A DNA stretch of 63,180 nucleotides, counting the filler, from a bacterium (GTDB lineage: Bacteria > JADJOY01): the NCBI GenBank assembly GCA_046331705.1. It is 3 parts of 3 records of this genome, joined end to end, with 100 filler letters (N's around TTAATTAATTAA, not from the genome) between each part and the next. Parts side by side here need not be neighbours in the genome. Positions count along the whole stretch, not along the records: positions 29,708 to 58,975 come from JAXLQJ010000075.1; 2 more parts are not named here. One strand, 5' to 3'. The notes beneath the pieces are model-generated. The model was not told the origin of the DNA and ran no database searches. It was given only the letters and a program-made list of their open reading frames with translations. Below, piece by piece: positions 32,536 through 43,835 of the stretch (the stretch's first letter is position 1; every line of letters begins with the position of its first letter). A program made the position numbers and the translations under genes.

Positions 32536-34281
32536 CTATCCGTGGGCTTTCGGCAGCCCCATCCGTTCGACGATGGCCCGGAAGCGAGGGTGCGAGCGGA
32601 TCCCGTCGAACCGGTGATCGGCGGGGACCGTCAAGAGATGGATCACGCGCTGGTCGACGGCGGTCTCGAGCCAGCGCAACGCTTCATCGACCTCGCCCAA
32701 CCCAAGGTGGATCCGGACGATGTCGAGGGCCGACGGAAGTGGCGACGCGGTGAGCTCGCGAAGCAGCTTGCGGGCCTGGCCGCGCTGCCCGGAGATCGCG
32801 AGCGCGTGACCGAGGAACGACGTGAGATGAGCCGGGTTGCCGGTGAGCTCACGCGCCTTGCGGTATCCGGGTATCGCCTGGTCGACCAACCCCTGGGCCT
32901 CCCGCACGAGCGCCAGCGAGGCGACGAGGGGTGCGTAGCCGGGGCAGACCTCGGTCGCCAGCGCGTGCTGGAGGAGCGCATCGTCGAAGCGACGGGCGAG
33001 CGTGTAGACGAAGGTCGCGATGGTGTGGAAGAGCGGGTTGTAGGGGTCGAGTGCGAGGCCGCGCCGGACCATCGCGCACGCCTCGTCGAGGCGGAGCTGC
33101 GGCAGCAGGCACACCACGGCGTAGAACGGATAGATCAGCGCCAGGCCCGGCTGAAGCTCGATGGCACGCCGGAAGCGCTCTTCGCCGGCCGCCCACCGCC
33201 ACTCGAACCCACTCTCGACGATCCCGAGCGAGCTCGTGCCCTGGGCGGAGTCGGCATCGAGCTCGAGGGTCCGCATCGCGGCGTCCCGCGACGCGGGCAT
33301 TGCCTCGGCGGCCGGCAGGATGCGGTACCAGGCGAGCAGCCAATACGAGTGCGCGAGCCCCGCCCAGGCCGGTGCGTAGTCGGGTTGCAGCGCGATCGCG
33401 TGGCGGAGCTGATCGACGCAGTCGTGCAAGCCGTCGAAGCGATTGGAGAAGGTGAACATCCCCTTCAGGTAGGCGTGGTAGGCGTCCAGATTGGCGGTTC
33501 TTCCGGCGCGACCGGGTGCCCTGACGGCGCCCAGGCTGGTCGGAACGATCGCATCCACCACCGCCTGCGCGAGCTCGTCCTGCAGCTCGAACACATCCTT
33601 GATGGTGCGCTGGAAGGTGCGGGAGAAGAGGTGATAGCCGGTCTGCACGTCGATGAGCTGCGCCGTGACCCGGAGCTGGTCGCCGGAGCGCCGAACGCTG
33701 CCTTCCATCACTGTTCCGACGTTGAGCTTGCTCCCCACCTCACGGATGTCCTCGTCACGGCCCTTGAAACGAAACGACGACGTGCGCGCGACCACTTGGA
33801 GCCCGGGCACGCAGGCGAGCCGGTTGATCAGCTCCTCGGTGAGTCCGTCGCTGAAGTACTCGTTCTCGGGGTCGGCGGAGAGGTTGAGCAGTGGCAGCAC
33901 GGCAATGCGAGATCGTTCGGGCGGAGGCGTCGACGACGCCGTGGGCTGCGCGGGAGCGCGAGGCGCGAACTCGGGCGCGTAGCTCCCTTTCGGGATGGTG
34001 ATGACGATGGGGTCGGAGGCGCCCTCGCCGGCGTAATACTCGAGCAGCTTCGAGCGCAGCTTCGCCGCTTGCACGCGAACGATCGGGTCGATTCGCGGGT
34101 CGAAGTCCTTGCCGCGATCGAAGACCTCGACGCCGATCCGATACTCCTTCGGTGACTCCGTGCTTCCGCCGTGCGCCGCGCCGATCACGAACTCGAGGAA
34201 GCGGCGCAGACGCGGAGCCTGAGAGAACTGCGGGCTCGCCAGGATCTTCTCGAGCTGAGCGCCGACCCGTTCCTGGTCCAT
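32536..34281 (-). CDS. TolB-like/TPR regulatory protein
   Basis: DPRIDPIVRVQA and IAVLPLLNLS...EYFSDGLTEELI motifs, TPR repeats. Confidence 0.88.
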   Translation of the reverse strand: MDQERVGAQLEKILASPQFSQAPRLRRFLEFVIGAAHGGSTESPKEYRIGVEVFDRGKDFDPRIDPIVRVQAAKLRSKLLEYYAGEGASDPIVITIPKGSYAPEFAPRAPAQPTASSTPPPERSRIAVLPLLNLSADPENEYFSDGLTEELINRLACVPGLQVVARTSSFRFKGRDEDIREVGSKLNVGTVMEGSVRRSGDQLRVTAQLIDVQTGYHLFSRTFQRTIKDVFELQDELAQAVVDAIVPTSLGAVRAPGRAGRTANLDAYHAYLKGMFTFSNRFDGLHDCVDQLRHAIALQPDYAPAWAGLAHSYWLLAWYRILPAAEAMPASRDAAMRTLELDADSAQGTSSLGIVESGFEWRWAAGEERFRRAIELQPGLALIYPFYAVVCLLPQLRLDEACAMVRRGLALDPYNPLFHTIATFVYTLARRFDDALLQHALATEVCPGYAPLVASLALVREAQGLVDQAIPGYRKARELTGNPAHLTSFLGHALAISGQRGQARKLLRELTASPLPSALDIVRIHLGLGEVDEALRWLETAVDQRVIHLLTVPADHRFDGIRSHPRFRAIVERMGLPKAHG

Positions 34282-34515
34282 GGCGCCCGCAAGCCTAACC
34301 GGCGCCTGAAATGCCCGCTTCGCGTGCTTTCCCGCCGCCGATCGAGGTCTCCTCGGTGCGTCTTCCGCCCCGCCCCTCCGAGGGGCGTCGCTCGCCGCAC
34401 CGGCGCTGGTTGCGGGCTCCTCAGCCGCCTCCTGACGAGGTGGCGATCGCGCGCTCGCAGCAGCGGACGCGCCTGACGGGGGCCAAGGTCGACCCGGCAA
34501 GCGCTTCGTGCCGCG

Positions 34516-35424
34516 CTACGGCCAAAGCCGTTGCCAGGTCACGGTGAAAGCGTCGATGTCCACGCCTCGCCGGGTTGTGGCGCCGGCGGTGTACGCGACC
34601 TTGAGTGAGTGCGCCGCGGTCAGTGGAATCGACACCGTGGCGCCGACGCGGCCATTGCGCTGCAGGTCCGCGCTGGCGATGCCTTCGATCGAGGTGGTCC
34701 CGCCAGAGAACCAGGTGCCGTCCAGCGCCAACCACACCTGGTTGGGCAGCGTGTAGCTCACGTGCCCTTGTAGCGAGAGAATCGGGTCCTGGCGCTTGGT
34801 CACGTCGCCCGGGTAGTACGCGGGGTTCGCGGTGAAGAGCCATACGCCGGCGTAGGCTTCGAAGGTCCACGGACCACGGGGGCTCGAGATCCCCAGCTCG
34901 GGCTTCAGCGCCCAGCGGTTCGCACCGATGTTCACCAATCGGCTCGCCAGGTAGTCGCCGAGCGGCGGCACCACCGTGATGCTCGCGCCCACCACCGCGC
35001 TCCGCGGTGAGCTGGCGAGCTCGGTGGCCGAGAGCGCCGGCGCGCCGAGCAGCCCGATCGAGAGCTTGAAGCGTGGATCGGCCGGGCCTGCGAGCGCTTG
35101 TCGTTGCTTCGTACCACCGATCTCGCCAGAGACGTCGCCCCACGCACTGGGCACCAGCGCCAGGATACGGGCCTGACGTCCCGCCAGCTCGAAGACGTGC
35201 CCGAAGCCGAGCGTGGCGATCCACAGGCGTTGCTCGACGTCGCGGACGTCGAGCGCGGGGTCGAGCCGGATGTCTCCGCTCGACCTGCCGAAGGACGCCA
35301 CCGCGAACGTCGCGCCAACGGGCGCCGGCGAGTAGCTTCGCGGCTCCAGCTCCTGCCCGTGCGCCGCCACGGAGGCGAGCACGACCAGGAGCAGCGCGAC
35401 GGCGCGAACGCTCGTGGCGAGCAC
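34516..35424 (-). CDS. outer-membrane beta-barrel (MetA-pathway/SphA-like transporter)
   Basis: Signal peptide; QELEPRSYSPAPVG and NIGANRWALKPELG motifs. Confidence 0.8.
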   Translation of the reverse strand: MLATSVRAVALLLVVLASVAAHGQELEPRSYSPAPVGATFAVASFGRSSGDIRLDPALDVRDVEQRLWIATLGFGHVFELAGRQARILALVPSAWGDVSGEIGGTKQRQALAGPADPRFKLSIGLLGAPALSATELASSPRSAVVGASITVVPPLGDYLASRLVNIGANRWALKPELGISSPRGPWTFEAYAGVWLFTANPAYYPGDVTKRQDPILSLQGHVSYTLPNQVWLALDGTWFSGGTTSIEGIASADLQRNGRVGATVSIPLTAAHSLKVAYTAGATTRRGVDIDAFTVTWQRLWP

Positions 35425-35427
35425 CGC

Positions 35428-36560
35428 TCACCTCGCGCTCGCGTAGACCGCGCGCAGGATGGCGCGCGCGCGTTCCATGCTGACGTATCCGCCGCCTCCC
35501 CAGCGGTTGGGCACGTACCCGATCGCCATTCGCGAGTCGAGGTCCACGAACGAGAGCGAGCCACCGTTGCCGCCCCACCACGCGGTCCGAGCCGACGCCG
35601 GAATTCCCAGAAAAGCGTGGTCGAGCGAATAGCCGATGCCCCAATCGCACGGCTGGCCCATCACCAGATCGACGCCGTCGGATTGCCGTTCGAGCACCCG
35701 CTCGCGGCCAGCGTCCGACATGAGCCTCACGCCGTTGGCGCCGCCGTTCGCGAGCACCGACTGGACGGTCGCGATTCCGCGCGCGTTCGCATGCCCGTTC
35801 ACGGCGCCGATCTCGGCCCGTCGCCATGCGAGCGCCCAGGTGTCCTGCGGCGTCACCCGTGGGTTGAAGAGCGAGCGATCGACCGGGAACGGCCCGCCGG
35901 TCGAATCGTGCGGCGCTCCCTGGACGAGCAGCGAAACCCGCGCGTCGTACTCGGCGGGAGTGCCGATGTGGATGTCGGCGCCGACTCCGAGCGGCCCCGC
36001 CACGTCTTCCGCGAGGAAGCGGCCAAGGGTCTTGCCGGTGACTCGCCGGATCACTTCACCGACCAGGTGGCCCTGATTGAAGCCGTGGTAGCCGCTGGTG
36101 CGGCCCGGCTCTGTCAGAACGGCGCCTGACGAGCGAGGGCTGCGGTCGACTTCTCCAGGTCGTAGAGATCCGCGAGCGTCGTAGGCTCGGCCCAGCCGGA
36201 AACGCCCGAGGTGTGTCCGAGGAGCTGGCGCACCTCGATCGCCCCTTTTCCCTGGGCCGCGAACTCGGGCCAGTACTTCGCCACCGGATCGTGAAGGTCG
36301 ATCTCGCCGCGGTCGGCGAGGACCAGGGCGCAGAGCGCGGTGAAGGTCTTGGTCGATGAGAACACCTGCACGAGGGTGTCGTGGCCGAAGGGGCGGCTGA
36401 AGGTCGCGTCCCAGTAGCCGCCCCACAGGTCCACCACGGGTTGGCCTTCGACGAACACCGCCAGCGACGCGCCGATGTCGGCACCGCTGTCGAGGTGGGA
36501 CTCGAGCACCGCTCGGACACCCTCGAACGCCTCGTTACACGTTCCATGGATCTCGGCCAT
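35428..36560 (-). pseudogene. serine hydrolase (beta-lactamase family), frameshifted near 36115
   Basis: SSTK motif in the 5' frame; RQAPF-TGA, then EPGRTSGYH continues in another frame. Confidence 0.82.
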
Positions 36561-36701
36561 GGCTGGTCTCCTCTTCTGTGCGCGCGTGCGCACGGGTTCG
36601 GTTGGTTGCAGGTGCGTTGCGAATGAGCCGATCCATCGCGGCCGGCCAGCGCGCTGGCGGTGCCGCCGCGGATTCCGCACGCGGATCCAGGCGGCCGGCG
36701 C

Positions 36702-37847
36702 CTAGACGAGCGCCAGGCAGTCGTAGGCCGCACGGACGACGTCCATGGCGCGGTGGTCCCAGCCGCCGGACTCGACGTGCTTGTTCATGACGAACGCGAC
36801 GGTCAGGTGCTCGTCGAGGTCGTTGATGACCCACGAGCCGCCCGAGCCGCCCCAGAACGCGATGCGGTGGCCGTCGATCCGCGCCCCGAACTCCTGCTCG
36901 AGCGCCGGGCAGCCGATCGCGTAGCCCATGCCGAAGCGAATGGGCATCCGGAATACGAGGTCGGTGCCGTTCGATTGCGGATCCAGCGCCCGCAGGCAGC
37001 CGCGCTCGGACAGGAGACGCACGCCGCGCACCTCGCCGCCACAGGCGAGCACGGTCTGCACGAGGGCAACCGAGCGCGCGTTGCCGTGGCCATTGCTCCC
37101 GCCGAGCTCGGCACGACGCCACGGGATGGTCCCCGAGACCTGGGGGCTCACCAGCGGATTGAAGAACGCGCGGTCGGCGAGCAAGTCCCCGCTCGGCTCG
37201 ATCGTCGGCGACGACTGGATCAGCAGCGCGATGCGCGCATCGCACTCCGGCCCGGCGCCGATGCGGTAGTCGGCGCCCAGCGGACCGGCGACCTCCTCGG
37301 CGAAGAAGGTGGCGAGCGTCTTGCCGGTGACGCGGCGGATGACCTCGCCCATCAGCGGCCCGAAGGTGATCGGGTGATACCCGGACGCCGAGCCCGGCTT
37401 CCACCAGGGCGCCTGGCGTGCGAGCAGCGCCGTCGACTTCTCGCGGTCGTAGATGTCCTCGAGGCTGACGGTCTCCGTCCATCCGGCCAGCCCGGCGGTG
37501 TGGCCGAGGAGGTGACGGACCTCGATCGCCGCCTTTCCGGCGGCGCCGAACTCGGGCCAGTACTTGGTGACCGGCGCGTACGGATCGAGCTCACCGCGAT
37601 CCGCGAGGATCAGCGCGCAGAGCGCGGTCATGGTCTTGGTGGTCGAGAAGGTGTTGACGATCGTGTCGCGCTCCCAGGGTCGGGTGCGCGCCTCGTCGAA
37701 GGCACCGCCCCACACGTCCACGACCGCCTCGCCTTCGACGAAGACCGCTGCGGAGGCACCGATGTCTGCACCGGCATCGAGGTTGTTCGCCAGGGCCTCC
37801 GTCACGCCTGCGAACTCGTCGCTCCAGGTGCCTTGGATGTCGGCCAT
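36702..37847 (-). CDS. serine hydrolase (beta-lactamase / EstB-like esterase)
   Basis: FSTTK, LLGHTAG, GYH and WGGSGGS motifs. Confidence 0.93.
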   Translation of the reverse strand: MADIQGTWSDEFAGVTEALANNLDAGADIGASAAVFVEGEAVVDVWGGAFDEARTRPWERDTIVNTFSTTKTMTALCALILADRGELDPYAPVTKYWPEFGAAGKAAIEVRHLLGHTAGLAGWTETVSLEDIYDREKSTALLARQAPWWKPGSASGYHPITFGPLMGEVIRRVTGKTLATFFAEEVAGPLGADYRIGAGPECDARIALLIQSSPTIEPSGDLLADRAFFNPLVSPQVSGTIPWRRAELGGSNGHGNARSVALVQTVLACGGEVRGVRLLSERGCLRALDPQSNGTDLVFRMPIRFGMGYAIGCPALEQEFGARIDGHRIAFWGGSGGSWVINDLDEHLTVAFVMNKHVESGGWDHRAMDVVRAAYDCLALV

Positions 37848-37984
37848 CGTCGTTTCTCCCTTCGCTGCTCGCTCGCTCGTGCGAGCGGATCGGCGCGCGT
37901 CGTCGCGTCGCCGGGGAGGACGATGCCAACAAGGCAGGGGACGGCAGGAGTAACTTACGGTTACTCACCCGGAAGGCGTCGGTC

Positions 37985-38328
37985 TTCGGGCCGCGTTGCC
38001 TCGCACACGACGTGGCCGACGATTCACCAGTTCCTGCGGCTCGGGACCAACCCCGCGTTCCCAGGCTGCATGACGGACGACGAGGCCGCCCGCCGGATGG
38101 ATCGAGGAATGGATCGACGCAGGGGTCGAGGTGCTCGGCGACGCCGACGTCGGTTGGGACCTGTTCATCGAGCTTGTTCAGGCGTCGCGACGCTCGCTCC
38201 GCAACGCGATCGACGACGCGTTCCTCGCGGCCGTGGCCATCTCGCGCGGCGCGACGCTGGCATCGTTCGACCGCGAGCTCGAGCCGTTCGTCGAGCATGG
38301 GCTGCGCTGGGAGAGGCCAGCCACCTGA
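37985..38328 (+). pseudogene. vapC: VapC/PIN toxin remnant, 5'-truncated and frameshifted
   Basis: WPTIHQFLRLGTNP, frameshift, then IDDAFLAAVAISRGATLASFDREL. Confidence 0.7.
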
Positions 38329-38704
38329 TCCGACGAGTGGTGCGCGTCCGAGCGTCCGGCGTCCGGGTTCACCCGGGTGGTCGCCCCAGGGGCCATCGTG
38401 CCTTCCAGGCCGCCGTCCACGTGGACCGAATCGGGCCGAGGGCGCGAGTTCTCTGCCTGGGTGTCCTCCAATGCCTCCCTCGCTGAAGCGCAGCTTGCCG
38501 CGGATACGCGGACGTCGCGCTCACCGCGATGAGGCGCTGGTGGCTGCATGACCGCATCCGGGTCTCGTGGAAACGTCCCGCGCTCGCAGCGCGGGCGATC
38601 GCTACGATGTCGCGCGAGTCACTGATCTCACGCATTGCAGCGGTGTGAGCGCCGAGAAGGTTTCGTGGCCGGCGCGCCGATCGGGAACCACCAGAGCCGA
38701 CGGC

Positions 38705-39925
38705 TCACTCCCCGCAGTCCGAGTCCGCGACTTCCCTCGCGACCCGAGCGCGGATCCAGCCGATCGTCTCTTCGAACGAGGGCGCCAGGACCCCGTCGTG
38801 CCCGAACCCCGGGTAAACCGACAGCGTCACCGTCTCGTCGTTGTCGCAGAGGCGCGTGTGCAGCGCCTGCGTGACGAAGACGGGCACGGAGAAGTCCAGG
38901 CTTCCTTGCACCAGGAGGATGGGCTTGCCCAGCGGGAGGGTGCCGGGCTCGTTGCGCTGGAAGAATGCGTCGGTCGCGGCGCGTCCGGCCGGAGTCGTCG
39001 GGAAGAGTTGCGACGGGCTGATGCCGCGATACGCGTCCATCACTTCGTACCAGCACCCGCTTTGCAGGATCTCGGTCCGCGCCACCGCTTCGGGCCCCAG
39101 GAGGTCATCGAGCGTGACGCCAGGGTCGACGGCGAGCATGCCGGCCGCGAAGAACGCGACGTACCCCCGCGTCGGTGTCAGCGCCATCGCGGGGAGCAGG
39201 CGCAGGCTGCTCGACGGGGCGATCCCGACCGTGCCGAGGTACTCGAGCTCGGGGGCCCACTCGGTGGCGTGCTCACCCGCGGCGAGCGCTGCTTGCCCGC
39301 CTTGCGAATGGCCGATCGCCAGCCACCGCCGCGAGGCTTCGGGTACGAGCTGTGTGGCCGCGCGCACCGCGTCGATCACCCCGTGCGCCTCCGAGCTCGC
39401 GTCGTGATACGGGTGCGGGCCGGGTACGCCCAGCCCCTCGTAGTCGGAAGCGGCGATCACGAAGCCGGCGCGCGCCAGTCCGAGGACGTAGTCGCCGTAC
39501 TCGTACAGATCCCCCCATTTCGACGGCGCGCAGGCATCTCCGACGCCGGTCGTCCCGTGCGCCCAGCCGAGCACCGGCCAGCCGGCCTCGGGCGGGTTGC
39601 CGGGAGGAATGAGCACGAGTCCGGACACGGCGATGTCGCCACCGTGGATCGAGATCGAGTGGTAGAGGACGCGGACCGCGACCACCCGACCGTCCGGGTC
39701 GAAGTCCGGGACGATCTCCGAGCGCACGACTTCCCCGGGTCCGCCGGAAGGAAGTGGGTCGGGAGGCAGGTAGAAGGGGTCCTGACGGCTCGGACCGGGA
39801 CCGCTTTCATCCTGAACGGCCCAGGTCTCCGCGGGAAGGGAAGGCCGCTCGTGGTCCGAGCCGCAGGAGCACAGCAAGACCGCGACGAGACACGCGCGAC
39901 GAACGGATCGAGCCGATCTCAGCAT
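38705..39925 (-). CDS. secreted lipase (LIP family), lipoprotein
   Basis: WAHGTTG, CAPS, DYEGLG and GHSQGG motifs; Cys after the signal peptide. Confidence 0.88.
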   Translation of the reverse strand: MLRSARSVRRACLVAVLLCSCGSDHERPSLPAETWAVQDESGPGPSRQDPFYLPPDPLPSGGPGEVVRSEIVPDFDPDGRVVAVRVLYHSISIHGGDIAVSGLVLIPPGNPPEAGWPVLGWAHGTTGVGDACAPSKWGDLYEYGDYVLGLARAGFVIAASDYEGLGVPGPHPYHDASSEAHGVIDAVRAATQLVPEASRRWLAIGHSQGGQAALAAGEHATEWAPELEYLGTVGIAPSSSLRLLPAMALTPTRGYVAFFAAGMLAVDPGVTLDDLLGPEAVARTEILQSGCWYEVMDAYRGISPSQLFPTTPAGRAATDAFFQRNEPGTLPLGKPILLVQGSLDFSVPVFVTQALHTRLCDNDETVTLSVYPGFGHDGVLAPSFEETIGWIRARVAREVADSDCGE

Positions 39926-40179
39926 CGCAACGGCCCTCCAACCGCCTGGAACTTCATGACGGCGGCGTCTTCCAGCCGGTCGGCCGGTGCCGCAGAACGA
40001 ACGGAGGTTCCGACGCCACCGGCCGTCCGGCGACGCATCCGTCGTGCCTCATGGAAGCGCATCCGCGGTCTGCGTGTCTCGAGTCCTGAACGCTCAGGTG
40101 GGCATCCGAAAACGAGGTCGCTGAGCCGCCGCGTCGATGCGCGTCGAGGGAGGGCGGCGCCTCTTGGCGCTGCCCAGGC

Positions 40180-42099
40180 TCACCCCGGGTCGCAGACGCC
40201 GTCACACGGCATCGTCACCACCCCGGTCTCGAGGAATTGCTGGGCGATCGCCAGCGACGCGTCGGTGAAGGGCACGTTGCCGTGGCCGCCGTCGTCGTGG
40301 GCGGGAGGGACGTTGCCGTAGGGCACCGTGCGATCGCCCCAGTTCATCGACACGAACGCCGAGCCCGTGAACGGCGCGTCGGCGACGGGTAATCCCCACG
40401 GCTCGTGCGCCGAGCCGCGGATCACCGTGAGCCCCGCGGTGCGCGCCGCGAGGTCGCCGGCCAGCGGCGGCACCTGCGCGTCGTTCTCGGCCACGATCGA
40501 CACGATCTGCTTGGGTCCGCTGCCGCCCGGCAGTCCATCGGCGAGGAAGGGCAGGTAGCTCGCCGGATCGGTCGAGTCCCACAGGTGTTGCGCCATCGGC
40601 AGGATCAGCGCGCGGTCGATGCGCTTCGGGTAGGCGAGCTTCAGGACCTCGAAGTACGACGAGAACGCGATGCTGCGATCGAGCATCAGCCCGAAGCTCG
40701 AGCCGTTCACGAACAATGCGCCGCGCTCGATGTCGGGCGAGAGCGCGGTGAGCGTGGCGCCGAAGATCCCGCCCTGCGAGCCGCCCGCGTAGTAGAGCCG
40801 CGACGGATCGATCAGCGGCGTGCCGCCGGCGGTGAGCTCGGGCAAGTTCCGGCAGCCGCCGGCGAGATCGCGGGTGAGGGCGATCTGCCAGATCATCCCT
40901 TGCTGCAGGCGCTCGGTCATGTACGGGAACTGAGACGCGTCGATCAGGATGCCCGCGAGGGTGCCGAGGTCGGACGTGCTCATCCCCGCCCAGTCGGTGC
41001 CCGCCACCACCACGCCGAAGCGGTTCGCGACGTCCCGGAGATCCGGGCTGTCGATGTAGGTCTTCGCGTTGAGCAGCAGACCGTGGCCGAAGGTCACGAG
41101 CGGCCCCGCCGTGGCACCGCCCGGTGCCTCGGCGAGCGTCGCGGGGATGTCGGCGACGAACGGCACCTGCACCATCCGCTGGAACACCGGCTTGCCGTCG
41201 GCGTCGCGCACCAAGAGCGCCGGCGGGTTCTGGCTCGTCATGTAGAGCGGGGCCGTGAAGGTGCCCTCGACGTAGCGCCAGATCTGCCCGCCGCGGTTGG
41301 CCTCGGAGTAGGTGATGGTGCAGCCGAGCCCGTCGGGGCCGAGGCGCGCGAGCGCGTCCTCGCGCATCGCCATCAGGTCGCCGCGGATCGCGTCGCCGGA
41401 GGCGGTGTGGAACTGCCACGCGCTCTGCAGCTCGGCGCGGTCGATGCCAGCGGCCTCGAGGGCGGTGAAGAGCCGCTCGAAGGCGGCCTGGCGGTGCTGG
41501 AGGTCGGCGGACGTCGTGGGAGACTGGTCGCGAAGCTGGGCGAAGCCGTCCGGTGCCGGAACGAGTGCCCCGGAGGCGTCGACCAGCTGCCGGATCGCGA
41601 CGCCGTAGGCACGGTCCTCGCGCAGGCGTGTGGCGGGGCGCAGGTAAAGGACCCGCGTCGTATCCGACTCGGCCTGCACGTCGAGCTCGGTCCAGTGGGG
41701 GATGCGCTGGCCGCTCTCGAGATCGAGGATCACCGTCGGCGAGCTCGGCTCGAGGGAGCGCGCGATCGACTCCTGCCGAGCTGCGCCGCTCGCGTCGAGA
41801 TCGGGCGACGGGACCAGCACGGTCATGAGCTGGGAAGCCGGGCTCATGCCGTCGAGGCGCTGGTACGGCGCGACGTCGACCGGCTTGCCGAAGGCATTGG
41901 TGGGCGCCGCCCGGTAGTCGTAGGCGAGGCGGTAGCCGGTCGTGGTGCTCGAATCCTGCGCGAGGTAACGATCCGACGGCCACGGCAGCGCGCACACGAA
42001 GCCGTTCGAGTCGTCGCACGGCCCGGCGTCGCAACCGGCGATGGCGAGCAGCGCGAGCGCAGCGAGCGCGGGGACGTGAGCTCGGAAGGACGGACGCAT
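40180..42099 (-). CDS. lipoprotein alpha/beta-hydrolase (lipase-like)
   Basis: Lipobox IAGC; LPWPSD, FGHGL and GGSQGGI nucleophile elbow. Confidence 0.8.
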   Translation of the reverse strand: MRPSFRAHVPALAALALLAIAGCDAGPCDDSNGFVCALPWPSDRYLAQDSSTTTGYRLAYDYRAAPTNAFGKPVDVAPYQRLDGMSPASQLMTVLVPSPDLDASGAARQESIARSLEPSSPTVILDLESGQRIPHWTELDVQAESDTTRVLYLRPATRLREDRAYGVAIRQLVDASGALVPAPDGFAQLRDQSPTTSADLQHRQAAFERLFTALEAAGIDRAELQSAWQFHTASGDAIRGDLMAMREDALARLGPDGLGCTITYSEANRGGQIWRYVEGTFTAPLYMTSQNPPALLVRDADGKPVFQRMVQVPFVADIPATLAEAPGGATAGPLVTFGHGLLLNAKTYIDSPDLRDVANRFGVVVAGTDWAGMSTSDLGTLAGILIDASQFPYMTERLQQGMIWQIALTRDLAGGCRNLPELTAGGTPLIDPSRLYYAGGSQGGIFGATLTALSPDIERGALFVNGSSFGLMLDRSIAFSSYFEVLKLAYPKRIDRALILPMAQHLWDSTDPASYLPFLADGLPGGSGPKQIVSIVAENDAQVPPLAGDLAARTAGLTVIRGSAHEPWGLPVADAPFTGSAFVSMNWGDRTVPYGNVPPAHDDGGHGNVPFTDASLAIAQQFLETGVVTMPCDGVCDPG

Positions 42100-42176
42100 C
42101 GGGACCACCGGGCGCGCGCCGTCGGTCCGACGATGCGCAGGATGAATGTGAGATCGGGCATTTCCATATTGCGATC

Positions 42177-42194
42177 TGATAACATAGATTGTCA
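42177..42194. promoter_or_regulatory. candidate TetR operator between divergent genes
   Basis: TGATAA-catagA-TTGTCA imperfect palindrome in an AT-rich patch. Confidence 0.45.
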
Positions 42195-42197
42195 AAT

Positions 42198-43835
42198 ATG
42201 ACCGCTCGACCTCGCAAGGCGATGGCGGCCCTGACGATGGCTCGAACCACGGCGCTGCGGTTCCGCGAACGGCCGTACCGGAAGTGCTCACGCGCGGGGT
42301 CGCTGGCTCGGGACAGCCGATCCGGGACCCGCCCCCGCAACGCCGCGACCGCCGCCGCGGCGTTGCTGGGGCTCGCGCTGCTGAGCGCCTGCGGAGACGG
42401 GCGCCGCGAGGGATCGCCGAGCGCCCCCGGCCCGTACGAGGCGACCCGCGACTCCCTCGCCGCCCATCCGCTCCCCGCCTGGTTCGGGGACGCGAAGTTC
42501 GGGATCTTCGTCCACTGGGGCGCCTACTCGGTGCCGGCCTACGCCGACCTGCTGTTCTCCGGCCTCGACATCCCGGGACCGAGCTATGCGGAGTGGTACT
42601 GGTTCATGCAGATGCGCATCCGGTGGCCGAGCACTCTCGCCTACCACCGCGTCCAGTTCGGCACGGACGTCGTCTACGACGACTTCCTGGACCGGTGGCA
42701 CGCCGAGCGCTTCGACGCGGACGAGCTGGTGGAGCTCATCCGCGGCTCGGGGGCGCAATACGCCGTGCTGACCACCAAGCACCACGACGGCGTGGCGCTC
42801 TTCGACTCGGCGACCACCGACCGCAACACCGTCGCCCTCGGCCCCGGCCGCGATCTGGTGAAGGAGTGGTCGCGGGCCATGCATTCCGCGGGCCTCAAGG
42901 TGGGCTTCTACTACTCCCTCTACGAGTGGTTCCACCCGCTCTACCCGAGCGATGCCGCCTACTGGGGAGTCCTGCCCAAGATGAACCCGGTCAACCCGTT
43001 CACGCGCGAGCCCGTGCCGTACCGCGGGCTGCTTCCCCGGACGCGCGACTACGTGGCCGACCACATGCTCCCGCAGCTCTACGAGCTGGTCGATGGCTAT
43101 GACCCGGACCTGCTGTGGTTCGACGGCGGCTGGGATCGGCCCGGGTCCTACTGGCGCACCAACGAGGTGATCGCCCACTTCTACAATCGGGCGACGCACG
43201 AAGGGCGCGAGGTCGCGGTCAACGACCGGGGCGGGGCAGGGGCCCACGGGGACTTCGAAACGCCGGAATACGAGGTGTTCGGCGACATCCGCGAGCGGCC
43301 CTGGGAGGCGACCCGCGGCATCGGCTACTCGTTCGGCTACAACCAGTTCGAGACCGAGCGGCAGTACGCGAGCTCGGACGAGCTGGTGGACACGCTCGTG
43401 GACGTGGTCTCCAAGAACGGCAACTTCCTCCTCAACATCGGTCCGCGCGCCGACGGCTCCGTCATCGCGCTCATGCAGGAGCGGCTCCACGACCTCGGGG
43501 ACTGGCTCGCCGTGAACGGCGAGGCGATCTATGGCACCCGGCCGTGGAAGCAGGCCTCCGAGGGCTCGGTTCGTTTCACCACCCGCGGCAACGACCTCTA
43601 CATCATCGCGCTCGAGTGGCCCGGGGACGAGCTGCGAATCGAAGCAGCCGTCCCAGTGCAGGAAGGCGCCCCACTCGTCCTGCTGGGACGCGAGCAGGAG
43701 CCGGTCGCCTACCGGTTTGAGGGCGGGGCGATGGTCATCACCACGCCGCCGGGTGGCCCCCAGGCACAGCCCAGTCGCTTCGCCTGGGCCTTCCGTGTGC
43801 GCCTCTCCGACGCCGCGCGCGCTCGCCTCCCGTGA
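42198..43835 (+). CDS. alpha-L-fucosidase (GH29), lipoprotein; start uncertain
   Basis: AKFGIFVHWG, TTKHHDG, LWFDG and VSKNGNFLLNIGP motifs; lipobox LSAC. Confidence 0.93.
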   Translation: MTARPRKAMAALTMARTTALRFRERPYRKCSRAGSLARDSRSGTRPRNAATAAAALLGLALLSACGDGRREGSPSAPGPYEATRDSLAAHPLPAWFGDAKFGIFVHWGAYSVPAYADLLFSGLDIPGPSYAEWYWFMQMRIRWPSTLAYHRVQFGTDVVYDDFLDRWHAERFDADELVELIRGSGAQYAVLTTKHHDGVALFDSATTDRNTVALGPGRDLVKEWSRAMHSAGLKVGFYYSLYEWFHPLYPSDAAYWGVLPKMNPVNPFTREPVPYRGLLPRTRDYVADHMLPQLYELVDGYDPDLLWFDGGWDRPGSYWRTNEVIAHFYNRATHEGREVAVNDRGGAGAHGDFETPEYEVFGDIRERPWEATRGIGYSFGYNQFETERQYASSDELVDTLVDVVSKNGNFLLNIGPRADGSVIALMQERLHDLGDWLAVNGEAIYGTRPWKQASEGSVRFTTRGNDLYIIALEWPGDELRIEAAVPVQEGAPLVLLGREQEPVAYRFEGGAMVITTPPGGPQAQPSRFAWAFRVRLSDAARARLP

